Of a DNA stretch of 18,283 nt, positions 1 through 7,268 are shown one piece after another (position 1 is the stretch's first letter; each line of letters opens with the position of its first letter). The translations under genes were made by a program, and so were the position numbers. Source of the DNA: Acaryochloris thomasi RCC1774 (lineage in GTDB: Bacteria; Cyanobacteriota; Cyanobacteriia; Thermosynechococcales; Thermosynechococcaceae); the NCBI RefSeq assembly GCF_003231495.1, contig NZ_PQWO01000044.1, positions 1-18,283 of the forward strand, given 5' to 3'. Under the pieces are notes generated by a model. It was given only the letters and a program-made list of their open reading frames with translations, did not search any database and had not been told where the DNA came from.

Positions 1-127
1 TACGCCAACGCGTCTCAAGATTGGTGCGCAAGACACTGTCATTCTCCAAAAAGCTAGAGAATCATATCGGTGCTATTTGGTACTTTATTCACCATTACAA
101 TCAATCCTTACCTATTTAGGACTACCA
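1..127 (+). mobile_element. IS1-family insertion sequence, inner (transposase 3') end only; the element continues beyond the window start
   Basis: nt 1-127 are a perfect reverse complement of 18157-18283. The region contains the transposase C-terminus and stop. The last bases, read from outside the element, are GGTAGTCCTAAATAGG, resembling the IS1 terminal inverted repeat (GGT[A/G]ATG...). Confidence 0.8.
3..119 (+). CDS. IS1-family (InsB-like) transposase, C-terminal 38 codons plus stop; 5' part lies outside the window
   Basis: Frame 3 reads RQRVSRLVRKTLSFSKKLENHIGAIWYFIHHYNQSLPI*. The RL-RK-LSFSK...H-YN block matches the C-terminus of IS1 InsB (..[32 protein letters not shown]). The TAG stop is at 117-119, 7-8 nt from the repeat boundary, as in IS1 where insB ends inside the IR. 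Confidence 0.8.
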   Translation, partial: RQRVSRLVRKTLSFSKKLENHIGAIWYFIHHYNQSLPI

Positions 128-203
128 GAGATTTGTCATGGTGTGGAAAGTATAGCTGAGGCTCTTTTTAGAAAAGTATTTCGGGGTTTATATCGCCTGT
201 TTG

Positions 204-237
204 GGTCGAGAACGCAAACGCAGTAACATTCTCGACC
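204..237 (-). other. Hairpin (9-bp stem GGTCGAGAA/TTCTCGACC, 16-nt loop) 16 nt downstream of the phnE stop; possible transcript-end structure
   Basis: The inverted repeat was read directly at 204-212 and 229-237. No U-tract follows on the minus strand, so it is not a canonical intrinsic terminator. Confidence 0.3.
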
Positions 238-252
238 TCTTTCAGCATTCCT

Positions 253-1977
253 CTATGTCGACCGCATCTGCTGACTAATCCCATCGACTAAAAACGTCAA
301 CAATACAAAGCATCCTAAGGTAAGGGTCAAACCTGAATAGTCAAAACTGCTGAGCTGTTCAGTCATTAAACGCCCCAATCCCCCGGCTCCCACTAATCCG
401 ACAATGACGGTTTCTCGAATGCAGACTTCCCAGCGGTAAAAGATATAGGCCACAAAGCGTCCAAGATTCTGCGGTAAGACACCGTAGAGAACAATTTGTT
501 CTGGGGAAGCGCCGAGTGTCTGCAGCGCTCGTACCGGTCGATCATCAAGATTTTCATTCACCTCCGCCATCAAGCGCCCCAAAATGCCGAGGTTGTGAAC
601 GGCCAACGCCAGCACCCCCGGCCACACACCAGGGAATAGTACAAACAAAAAGACTAAGGCCCAAATTGGTGCGGGAATGGCCCGACTGACCAGTAGTAGT
701 AAGCGGCTGCATAGAAATAGGCTTGTGGCTCCGAGAGATCGCGTTGTCTCTCCTTGGGGGTACAGCCATCCCCCCGGTAGTAAAAAGGTTCGCGCCGCCG
801 GGAATGACAGGAGAATGCCACCAGCTCCGGCAAGAGCAGCGGCCAAAATTGACATCGATAGAGTCAGACTCGACAGGTGAAGTAAGTTCTGAAGGCTATA
901 AAAACTCGGCCATGCAGGGGCTGCATCTGTGAGGATTTCTTGCAAAAGCCTGTGGGTGCGAGGAGACCATAGCCGTTCCCAACCGATCCCCAGTCCCCAA
1001 AAGCAGAGGGGAATGGCTAAGGTGATCAGCCCCCAAGAGAGGGACAATGCCCCGTTGGGTCGATGGGGAAGGGCCAAGTCGTTGGGCCTGTTGCTGATCT
1101 CCCTGCAGGTCTGGAGATCTAAGCGGCTGGTGAAGCCCATTGTTTGCCGCATCCAGGCGCTCCACAAATCGACGGTCCCGTTGAGGATGATCAGGGCGTA
1201 GAAGCCAGTCCAGAGCTGTCTGTACTGCAGAGACTGCAGGCTCAGGAATATTTCATAGCCCAGCCCCCCAGCACCGATGACGCCCAAGACGGCGGCGGAA
1301 CGCAGGGAGCATTCAAAGCGGTAAGAGGCGTAGGACAGCAGGTTGGGGAAGGCTTGGGGCAACAATCCATAGAGCCAAGCGGCTGCGGGTGAGGCTCCGC
1401 TATTAAGCAGTGCGTTGAGGGGGGCTCGGGGGGTTGTATCTAAAATCTCGGAGAAGACTTTGGCCACGATGGCGCTGAATGGAATTGCGATCGCAACCAC
1501 CGCAACCACCGGATCGAGTCCTAAAATACTGAGAAAAAACAAGCCCCAGATCAGCTCATGAATCGCCCTCGGAAAGGCCAACAGCAATCGCATGAGTCGC
1601 CAAATCAGCGGTCCTAGCCAGCCCCCTTTTGCCGCCGGAGGCAGAACCGTTCGCCACCAGGTTGCTGACGTGAGTACGCCCCCTATAAACCCGAGGCCAA
1701 TGCTGAGGGTGGTGCCACAAACTGCGTAGGCAAAGGTCACTAACGTCGCTCGACCCATGACGCCCAAAAACTCAGGGTTGAGGTCCGGCGTTAGGCTGGC
1801 CTGCCAAAATTCTCCGAGCTGGCCGAGGCCGCCCCAGTTGATGAGTGCTGACTGTCCCTGGCTAGCGATGTATAGGGAGGATGCGATCGCAACCACCACT
1901 ATCGCCATCCACAGCATCTTCCGCGTCATGAGCGATGGACGAGCAGGCAGTTTAGCAACGGGAGGAGACGCAGACAT
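253..1977 (-). CDS. phnE: Phosphonate/phosphite ABC transporter permease, fused tandem PhnE-PhnE
   Basis: 574-aa hydrophobic ORF with a visible internal duplication. First half: LNSGASPAAAWLYGLLPQ..YRFECSLRSAAVLGVIGAGGLG. Second half: LQTLGASPEQIVLYGVLPQ..YRWEVCIRETVIVGLVGAGGLG. This is a PhnE-type signature. The ORF starts 24 nt after the phnC stop on the same strand. Confidence 0.85.
   Translation of the reverse strand: MSASPPVAKLPARPSLMTRKMLWMAIVVVAIASSLYIASQGQSALINWGGLGQLGEFWQASLTPDLNPEFLGVMGRATLVTFAYAVCGTTLSIGLGFIGGVLTSATWWRTVLPPAAKGGWLGPLIWRLMRLLLAFPRAIHELIWGLFFLSILGLDPVVAVVAIAIPFSAIVAKVFSEILDTTPRAPLNALLNSGASPAAAWLYGLLPQAFPNLLSYASYRFECSLRSAAVLGVIGAGGLGYEIFLSLQSLQYRQLWTGFYALIILNGTVDLWSAWMRQTMGFTSRLDLQTCREISNRPNDLALPHRPNGALSLSWGLITLAIPLCFWGLGIGWERLWSPRTHRLLQEILTDAAPAWPSFYSLQNLLHLSSLTLSMSILAAALAGAGGILLSFPAARTFLLPGGWLYPQGETTRSLGATSLFLCSRLLLLVSRAIPAPIWALVFLFVLFPGVWPGVLALAVHNLGILGRLMAEVNENLDDRPVRALQTLGASPEQIVLYGVLPQNLGRFVAYIFYRWEVCIRETVIVGLVGAGGLGRLMTEQLSSFDYSGLTLTLGCFVLLTFLVDGISQQMRST
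1487..1494. repeat. HIP1 octamer GCGATCGC
   Basis: Exact match read in sequence. Confidence 0.95.
1883..1890. repeat. HIP1 octamer GCGATCGC
   Basis: Exact match read in sequence. Confidence 0.95.
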
Positions 1978-2001
1978 TAACCAATCTCAAGGACCAAGAG
2001 C

Positions 2002-2757
2002 TTATCTACTCGAAGTAAACCGGTAGAGCCTGTCAATCATACCCTCAGTCACCTGAGACGGCGGCAGATCGAACTGTAGCTGTCCCTGGCATAGGCCCAA
2101 TAATCGCGTGCAGTACTGAAAAGCAAACTCAATATCATGGAGGCTCACCACCAGTGTCTTGCCAGCTTCCCTCGTCAGGCTTCGGAGTAAAGCCATCAAA
2201 TCATGGGACCGTGCCGGATCTAAGCTCGCAATCGGCTCATCGGCCAAGATAGCCACCGGCTGCTGCACCAGCACCCGAGCCAGCGCCACCCGTTGCTGTT
2301 CCCCCCCTGAAAGGCGATCGGCGCGGGCATAGAGCTTATCCGCAATGCCCACCTGCTCTAACGCTTGCACCACCGTTTCTTTGCTCTGCGGCCACAGCAG
2401 AGACCAAGCCGCCTTCCCCAACGACCAGTGCCCCAACTGCCCCGCATTGACATTGTGAATCACCGATAGATTCGTGACCAGATGATGTTGCTGATAAACC
2501 GTGCCCACCTGTCGCTGGATTCGCCGCCGTCTTCGAGGGCTAAGCTGACTCAAATCACGGCCTAAAACCGTCACCTGCCCTGTCGAAGGTACTAGGCTCC
2601 CATTCAAAAGATTGAGGAGAGTACTTTTACCGGCACCGCTGGGGCCAATCAATGCGACCCGCTCCCCCAGACCAATGGAGAGACTCAAATCGCTGAGGGC
2701 CATCACATCCCCAAACTGCCGGGAGACCTGAGCCAGCTCAAAGACAGGCTCACCCAT
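2002..2757 (-). CDS. phnC: Phosphonate ABC transporter ATP-binding protein
   Basis: Walker A GPSGAGKST, ABC signature LSGGEQQRVALAR, Walker B ILADEP, and H-loop SLHD. The start ATG overlaps the phnD stop (TAATG at 2755-2759). Confidence 0.9.
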   Translation of the reverse strand: MGEPVFELAQVSRQFGDVMALSDLSLSIGLGERVALIGPSGAGKSTLLNLLNGSLVPSTGQVTVLGRDLSQLSPRRRRRIQRQVGTVYQQHHLVTNLSVIHNVNAGQLGHWSLGKAAWSLLWPQSKETVVQALEQVGIADKLYARADRLSGGEQQRVALARVLVQQPVAILADEPIASLDPARSHDLMALLRSLTREAGKTLVVSLHDIEFAFQYCTRLLGLCQGQLQFDLPPSQVTEGMIDRLYRFTSSR

Positions 2758-3686
2758 TACTTAATCTTGCCGATCTGGCGACCAATCTTCTCGATCTGGG
2801 CATAGTTCTGATTCTCAGTCGGAATAAACTTGACCGCCCCAAACAAATCTAAAATCTCTTTTTCTTCAGGAACGCTGGTATCAAGGCGAGTTAACGCTCC
2901 TTGCAGCTTTTTAGTGAATCCAGTTCCATAGCGTTCTTCAACGGCTGGGCTTGCAACCCAGTGGTAGTCATAGTAGGGCGGCGTTCGCCAGATCACCTGG
3001 ACCTTAGCCTCATCCACACTCCCCTCTGTCAAGCGGCTGTCCCAGACCTGTGAGTTTAGAGCACCCACTTCAAACGTACCCGCCTCAACCAGCTTAATCG
3101 TCGCATCATGGTTCCCCGAAAATCCTACCTCGCCCTTTACTTCTTCCAGCGCGACCCCCGCCTGCTGCATGAAGTACTGAGGCATCAGCCGTCCCGAAGT
3201 TGAAGACTCGCTGCCAAAGGTCAGGGTGTGACCCTTGAGTGCCGTGAGGCCGCTTACCTCTTCAAAAGGCTGAACACCGCTATTGGCATTGGTAATGAAA
3301 ACGCTGGTGAACTGTTCATCAATATCGCGCTGGGCAATGGCTTGGGCGCCTGTCACCTGAAGGCGAGCCTGCACGCCCGTCAGTCCTCCAAACCAGACTA
3401 GATCTAAATCACCTACTTTGAAGGCCGTCACAGCAGCGGCATAGTCGGTCACTGGCTGATACTGAACGGGGACGTTCAGCTCTGACTCTAGATAGGCCGT
3501 GAGTTTTTCTGAAAGGCGCTGAATTTTTTCAGGATCCTGATCGGGAATGGCTCCAATCGCTAAAGGAGCAGCATCGACTCCATCGACCTCACCTGCAGGC
3601 TTCGGCGTTGGCTCTTGGCTAGCACAGGCGGCCAGCAATGAAACAATACTCCCCCACAAAATGACTTGTTGTTTGAACCGTTTCAT
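2757..3686 (-). CDS. phnD: Phosphate/phosphite/phosphonate ABC transporter substrate-binding lipoprotein (PhnD family)
   Basis: PhnD-like periplasmic binding protein at the head of phnC-phnE. I prefer the ATG at 3686, which gives MKRFKQQVILWGSIVSLLAAC, a lipoprotein signal with an LAAC lipobox. AGAGG lies 6 nt upstream of that ATG. The ORF track extends to 3866, but the extra 60 residues look non-coding. Confidence 0.8.
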   Translation of the reverse strand: MKRFKQQVILWGSIVSLLAACASQEPTPKPAGEVDGVDAAPLAIGAIPDQDPEKIQRLSEKLTAYLESELNVPVQYQPVTDYAAAVTAFKVGDLDLVWFGGLTGVQARLQVTGAQAIAQRDIDEQFTSVFITNANSGVQPFEEVSGLTALKGHTLTFGSESSTSGRLMPQYFMQQAGVALEEVKGEVGFSGNHDATIKLVEAGTFEVGALNSQVWDSRLTEGSVDEAKVQVIWRTPPYYDYHWVASPAVEERYGTGFTKKLQGALTRLDTSVPEEKEILDLFGAVKFIPTENQNYAQIEKIGRQIGKIK

Positions 3687-3890
3687 CTTCGACCTCTTTA
3701 GCATCATCACTGGAGAGCTAGGGTACAGTGCCCCCAACGGCCAATGCAAGATAGGTTGCCTCTCGCTGCTGACCCTTGAAGTCTGCCTACTGCTCCACAC
3801 CACAAGAACTAGAGCTCTAAGCAAGTAGACTGTAGCAGTGGTGTGTAGCTTTTGGCCGTCAACCAAGCGGTAAACTATTGATAGCTTTTT

Positions 3891-3912
3891 CCCATAGACT
3901 CTTGGCTATGGG
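3891..3912. promoter_or_regulatory. Inverted repeat CCCATAG-N8-CTATGGG in the phnD/ppgK divergent intergenic region; candidate operator
   Basis: Arms read directly at 3891-3897 and 3906-3912, about 30 nt upstream of the ppgK-like start. Confidence 0.2.
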
Positions 3913-3943
3913 CATAAAACATATAGCTGGAGTGACACCATAG

Positions 3944-4666
3944 ATGACAGATGCTGAGACGCAACCCCTGCAGGTTTTATCCGTGGACATTGGGGGCAGT
4001 GGTATTAAAGCAATGGTGTTGAATGAGACCGGTAAACCCATTACCGAACGTAATCGCATCAAGACCCCTCACCCCCCAACCCCCGACGCTGTCCTGGATG
4101 TGATCGCTCAATTAGCTACAGAACAAGGCGCCTTTGAACAGGTTTCTGTCGGTTTTCCGGGAGTGGTCCAACACGGCGTCACTAAAACTGCCGTTAACCT
4201 CACCGCCGAATGGCTTGGCTTTGACCTCGCCACAGCCCTTTCAAAGCGATTAGGAAAACCTGTACGTGTCGCTAATGATGCCGATATTCAGGGCTATGGC
4301 GCAATCTCAGGTAAAGGCGTTGAATTAGTATTAACGCTGGGAACTGGCTTTGGCTCTGCTTTGTTCGTCAACGGCCACTTGGTCCCCAACCTTGAAATGG
4401 CCCACCACCCCTTTCAAAAGCAGAAGACCTATGAGCAGCAGTTGGGTCGTAAAGCTCTCAAAAAGAAAGGTAATAAGACCTGGAATCGAAATTTAGCCAA
4501 AGCAATCGCTAATTTAGAACGACTGTTTAGCTATGATCAACTCTACATTGGGGGTGGGGAAGCAAAACGCATCAATATTGACCTGCCTCCGAACGTGACC
4601 ATGGTATCCAACGAAGCCGGTATTCTGGGCGGAATAGCATTATGGGGCGACAGCGGAGCTGATTAG
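3944..4666 (+). CDS. ppgK: ROK-family sugar kinase, short polyphosphate-glucokinase-like form
   Basis: N-terminal VDIGGSGIK (actin-fold phosphate-1 motif), GFPGVV, ANDADIQG and TLGTGFG. The 240-aa size lacks the Zn-cysteine motif of classical ROK kinases, as in the short cyanobacterial polyP-dependent glucokinases. The donor specificity is inferred. Confidence 0.65.
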   Translation: MTDAETQPLQVLSVDIGGSGIKAMVLNETGKPITERNRIKTPHPPTPDAVLDVIAQLATEQGAFEQVSVGFPGVVQHGVTKTAVNLTAEWLGFDLATALSKRLGKPVRVANDADIQGYGAISGKGVELVLTLGTGFGSALFVNGHLVPNLEMAHHPFQKQKTYEQQLGRKALKKKGNKTWNRNLAKAIANLERLFSYDQLYIGGGEAKRINIDLPPNVTMVSNEAGILGGIALWGDSGAD

Positions 4667-5031
4667 CGAATCAAGCGATGCGCTTCTAACAGCGTCACCA
4701 TTTCTGCTGATGTTTCGGCATACCATGATTGGCCGGTACGAGGATCGTAAGCATGCCAGGCTACTTTTCCTGAAGGCCCCTGGATTTCTTCGAGACTGAT
4801 CTGATTTCGTTTGATGATAGTTTCTGTTAGCCGTTGCCATAGGCTTAAGTGACTTGAGACTGATTGTTTACTTCTCTCAAGCTGCTCCTTTTCTTGCTGT
4901 AGTAACGTCAACAACTGCCGATCTTGATGAACCTGAGCGACATCGGTGCGATGAGCTAACGTCTCTTCCATATTGGCTTGGTGCTGTTCTGGCTGCTGAC
5001 TCTGAACCGGAAAGTGAAGTGCATTTGCCAT
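4663..5031 (-). CDS. Hypothetical protein with a Gln/Glu-rich coiled-coil N-terminal half and a conserved-looking C-terminal WHAYDPRTGQSWYAETSAEMVTLLE module
   Basis: The first ATG is at 5031, with TAAGGA 8 nt upstream (the ORF track starts 2 codons earlier at TTG). The stop overlaps the ppgK stop. I do not recognise a function. Confidence 0.55.
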   Translation of the reverse strand: MANALHFPVQSQQPEQHQANMEETLAHRTDVAQVHQDRQLLTLLQQEKEQLERSKQSVSSHLSLWQRLTETIIKRNQISLEEIQGPSGKVAWHAYDPRTGQSWYAETSAEMVTLLEAHRLIR

Positions 5032-5451
5032 GATCAAAATCCTTAAACGTTCCCTACGTTATCTGTTGGTATCTTAGAGGTATTAAATAAAATCAAGCAT
5101 CACTCTGATAGAAAATATGGGAACTTTTTCAGCCTTTGGCAAAGAAAAAATACTCTTTCATTAATCAGATTTTCTTGGATCTATTACCTCTATATATAAT
5201 ACTTTTCAGCACTTCTATGACGCTTTACGCAGCAAAGTTTTGCAACGTTTTTTGTCCGAAAATTATATTCATACGGCTTCAATAATATCTTTCGTTGGCA
5301 GAGCAATAGGGGTATCAGCCGTGGCTTATGGGCTTGAGCAGAATTCATGTATTTCTATCCCAATTAAGCGAAAGAGGAAGGATAACCTCTGTTCATTTCG
5401 GCCCATGTTGAAATATCTCGTTTTGTGTAAGTGCGCTTGCCCACTGAAGTT

Positions 5452-5485
5452 GGGGCATGCCGAGAAATGTGTAAAAAGGCATAAG
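5452..5485 (+). repeat. Candidate Tn3-family terminal inverted repeat (GGGG...TAAG)
   Basis: GGGGCATGCCGAGAAATGTGTAAAAAGGCATAAG begins with GGGG and ends with TAAG like Tn3-family IRs. It lies about 100 nt beyond the tnpA-relic stop on the side expected for the IR. No partner copy exists in the window, so this is weak. Confidence 0.25.
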
Positions 5486-5588
5486 ATGGTTCTAGGACCT
5501 ATACATAGCAGAGCTTCTAGGGATCTAAGCTCTCAAGCCTTCAAGCCATTTAAATCACACTATACTCTTCCCAAAAGCCTTGTCCTAT

Positions 5589-5957
5589 CTAGATAAAATC
5601 TAGATCAATAGGAAGCTGAATCGCTTGTTCAAACGGCACCGGCATCGTCTCTATGTCCACCACGAAGTCACCAATGCGCTTCAGCTGCCCTACCAGAGAA
5701 GGACTCGTCGTTGCTAATGTCTTACGGTCAATGGGATTTCCCTCTGCACTAAGCTGCTGCATGATTAAAGACATATCCATCGCATTCTGGAAAATCACCG
5801 CACTGGCCGTCAGGTCCAAATACTTGAGCTGCCTCTCCTGCTCATCGGGATCCTGCTTAGTGATCACCTCATGCGTACCAAAATGCAACCAATCGAGAAA
5901 GTGGTGATAGGTCTCAACAATGTTGGTGCAAGCCGTTATCTGTGAAAAGCTGATGTT
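5589..5957 (-). pseudogene. Tn3-family transposase (TnpA), C-terminal ~123 codons only; relic
   Basis: My translation from 5957 downward reads NISFSQITACTNIVETYHHFLDWLHFGTHEVITKQDPDEQERQLKYLDLTASAVIFQNAMDMSLIMQQLSAEGNPIDRKTLATTSPSLVGQLKRIGDFVVD... It parallels the Tn3 TnpA C-terminus (..F.GR.GE....EDQ...L.L..NA...WNT.YM...L...G....L..L.P....HIN.LG.Y.F), but several invariant positions are changed. There is no N-terminal ~850 aa. Confidence 0.65.
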
Positions 5958-7268
5958 CTATCTGTTAGACATTGCAAAACTTCCTGATGCCTGAATTTGA
6001 ACTGAGACAGCCTGCTCCGTTGCAATCACCTGCTCGATCACGTCAGCGGCTTGATTGGCTCCGCCAGCTGTTTGCATGGCCTTTTGTAGCCTAACAGCAT
6101 TGTTTCTGTAAGATTTCATAACCAAAACTCGACGGATGGTGCTGCGCAGCCTGGAGACAGTCAAATCTTTTAAGGTGACGACTTCTCCGGCCCCAGTCCA
6201 GGCAATTCGGGCTGCGACCCCCGGCTGATCGTTGGTAATCGGAATCGCCACCATCGGCACACCGTTACTCAAAGATTCCAAAACTGTATTCATGCCTGCA
6301 TGGGTAATGGTCAGGGTGGCTCTTTGCAACAGTTCCAATTGGGGAGCATAGCCAACGACTAAAGGAGAGCCGGGTAAAATCGGCAGTGATTCTGGCGTAC
6401 TTCCGCCGCCTAGCGCAATCACCAACTGCACATTTAAGACTTGACAGGCTTCTGCAATGATCTCGAACGTGCCTAGCAAACGGTTCTGTAGCGTACCAAG
6501 GGAGGCATAAATCAGCGGTTGTCCTGTCAATTGATCAAAGGGAAAATCTACAGGTTCGCGGGTGTTCTGATCTGAGTAAGGCCCCGTAAAGTAGAAGTGA
6601 GCGGGTAAGGATTGTCTTGGATATTCAAATTCAGCTGGTTGCTGGCAGATCTGTGCGAGTGGAGAATAGAAATCATTTTGATGCTTGAGAGATGGCAAGT
6701 TCCACTGCTGTCGATATGTAGCAATCTGCCTCGTACTGGGTTGCGCAAGAATAGAAAGTAATTGGTAGCCTATTTGATTCCGTAACCGTGCCCACCAGGT
6801 TGCGGAGTAGCGCCAGCTGGTAAAGAAAGGAGGCACATTGGAATCTTGATTGAACATTAGAGCGCAAGCAACGCTGATAAAGGGCAGATCTAATCTCTGA
6901 GCAATGCTTGAACCGCCAACTAAGGCCTGATCAATCAGCAGAATTTCTACACCCATATTCTGAAGAGCAGCAGGTGCTTCTTCCAGCAGGGTTGCTGTTG
7001 CTTGCTTCATCAGCTCAATGGAGTATCGAAATGCAGCTATACCACTGAGCTGTCCTAGCTTATCTAAAGATTGGCTAGTGGAGCCAAAGGGGAACTTGAC
7101 TTCACCAATCGCCAGGAATTCTAATCCTGCAGCCAAAACTTTGGATTTTCCATCGAGAAGACCCACTATCGTTATGCGATGCCCTCGACGCTTCAGTTCA
7201 TGCCCTAGCGCCATCATTGGATTGAGATGACCATTCAGAGTAGGACAAAGGATGCCGATATGAGTCAT
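5958..7268 (-). CDS. GT1-family UDP-glycosyltransferase (MGT / CrtX zeaxanthin-glucosyltransferase-like)
   Basis: N-terminal GILCPTLNGHLNPMMALGHELKRRGHRITIV and the C-terminal donor-binding signature THAGMNTVLESLSNGVPMVAIPITNDQPGVAARI. The start overlaps the upstream IMPase-family stop (ATGA at 7265-7268). Confidence 0.85.
   Translation of the reverse strand: MTHIGILCPTLNGHLNPMMALGHELKRRGHRITIVGLLDGKSKVLAAGLEFLAIGEVKFPFGSTSQSLDKLGQLSGIAAFRYSIELMKQATATLLEEAPAALQNMGVEILLIDQALVGGSSIAQRLDLPFISVACALMFNQDSNVPPFFTSWRYSATWWARLRNQIGYQLLSILAQPSTRQIATYRQQWNLPSLKHQNDFYSPLAQICQQPAEFEYPRQSLPAHFYFTGPYSDQNTREPVDFPFDQLTGQPLIYASLGTLQNRLLGTFEIIAEACQVLNVQLVIALGGGSTPESLPILPGSPLVVGYAPQLELLQRATLTITHAGMNTVLESLSNGVPMVAIPITNDQPGVAARIAWTGAGEVVTLKDLTVSRLRSTIRRVLVMKSYRNNAVRLQKAMQTAGGANQAADVIEQVIATEQAVSVQIQASGSFAMSNR

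Noticed and set aside
554-1392. Six nested ORFs of 67-90 aa on both strands inside phnE (554-769, 677-880, 723-932, 896-1165, 929-1201, 1144-1392), plus 1757-2026
   Set aside because: They lie entirely within a long ORF that carries a clear PhnE signature. The region is GC-rich, which suppresses stop codons in off-frames. The translations are Arg/Pro/Gly-rich low-complexity sequence typical of spurious frames.
3687-3866. 60-codon N-terminal extension of phnD given by the ORF track, and the overlapping ORFs 3547-3828 (+) and 3859-4062 (-)
   Set aside because: The extension precedes a textbook lipoprotein signal peptide that has its own ATG and AGAGG ribosome-binding site at 3686. The upstream residues (..VYLLRALVLVVWSSRQTSRVSSERQ..) have no PhnD-like character. 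The other two ORFs overlap well-supported genes or the promoter region.
3687-3943. Search for a Pho-box in the phnD/ppgK divergent promoter (tandem 8-bp CTTAACCT-like repeats with 11-bp phasing as in Synechocystis, or the E. coli CTGTCAT type)
   Set aside because: I could not find convincing phased repeats on either strand. Only the CCCATAG/CTATGGG inverted repeat stands out, so no Pho regulation claim is made.
5240-5596. 118-aa ORF on the plus strand in the AT-rich stretch
   Set aside because: It starts at a TTG with no RBS and is Cys/Lys/Arg-rich with no recognisable fold. It sits in ~33-40% GC DNA next to a transposon relic and spans the candidate Tn3 IR, so it is most likely non-coding.
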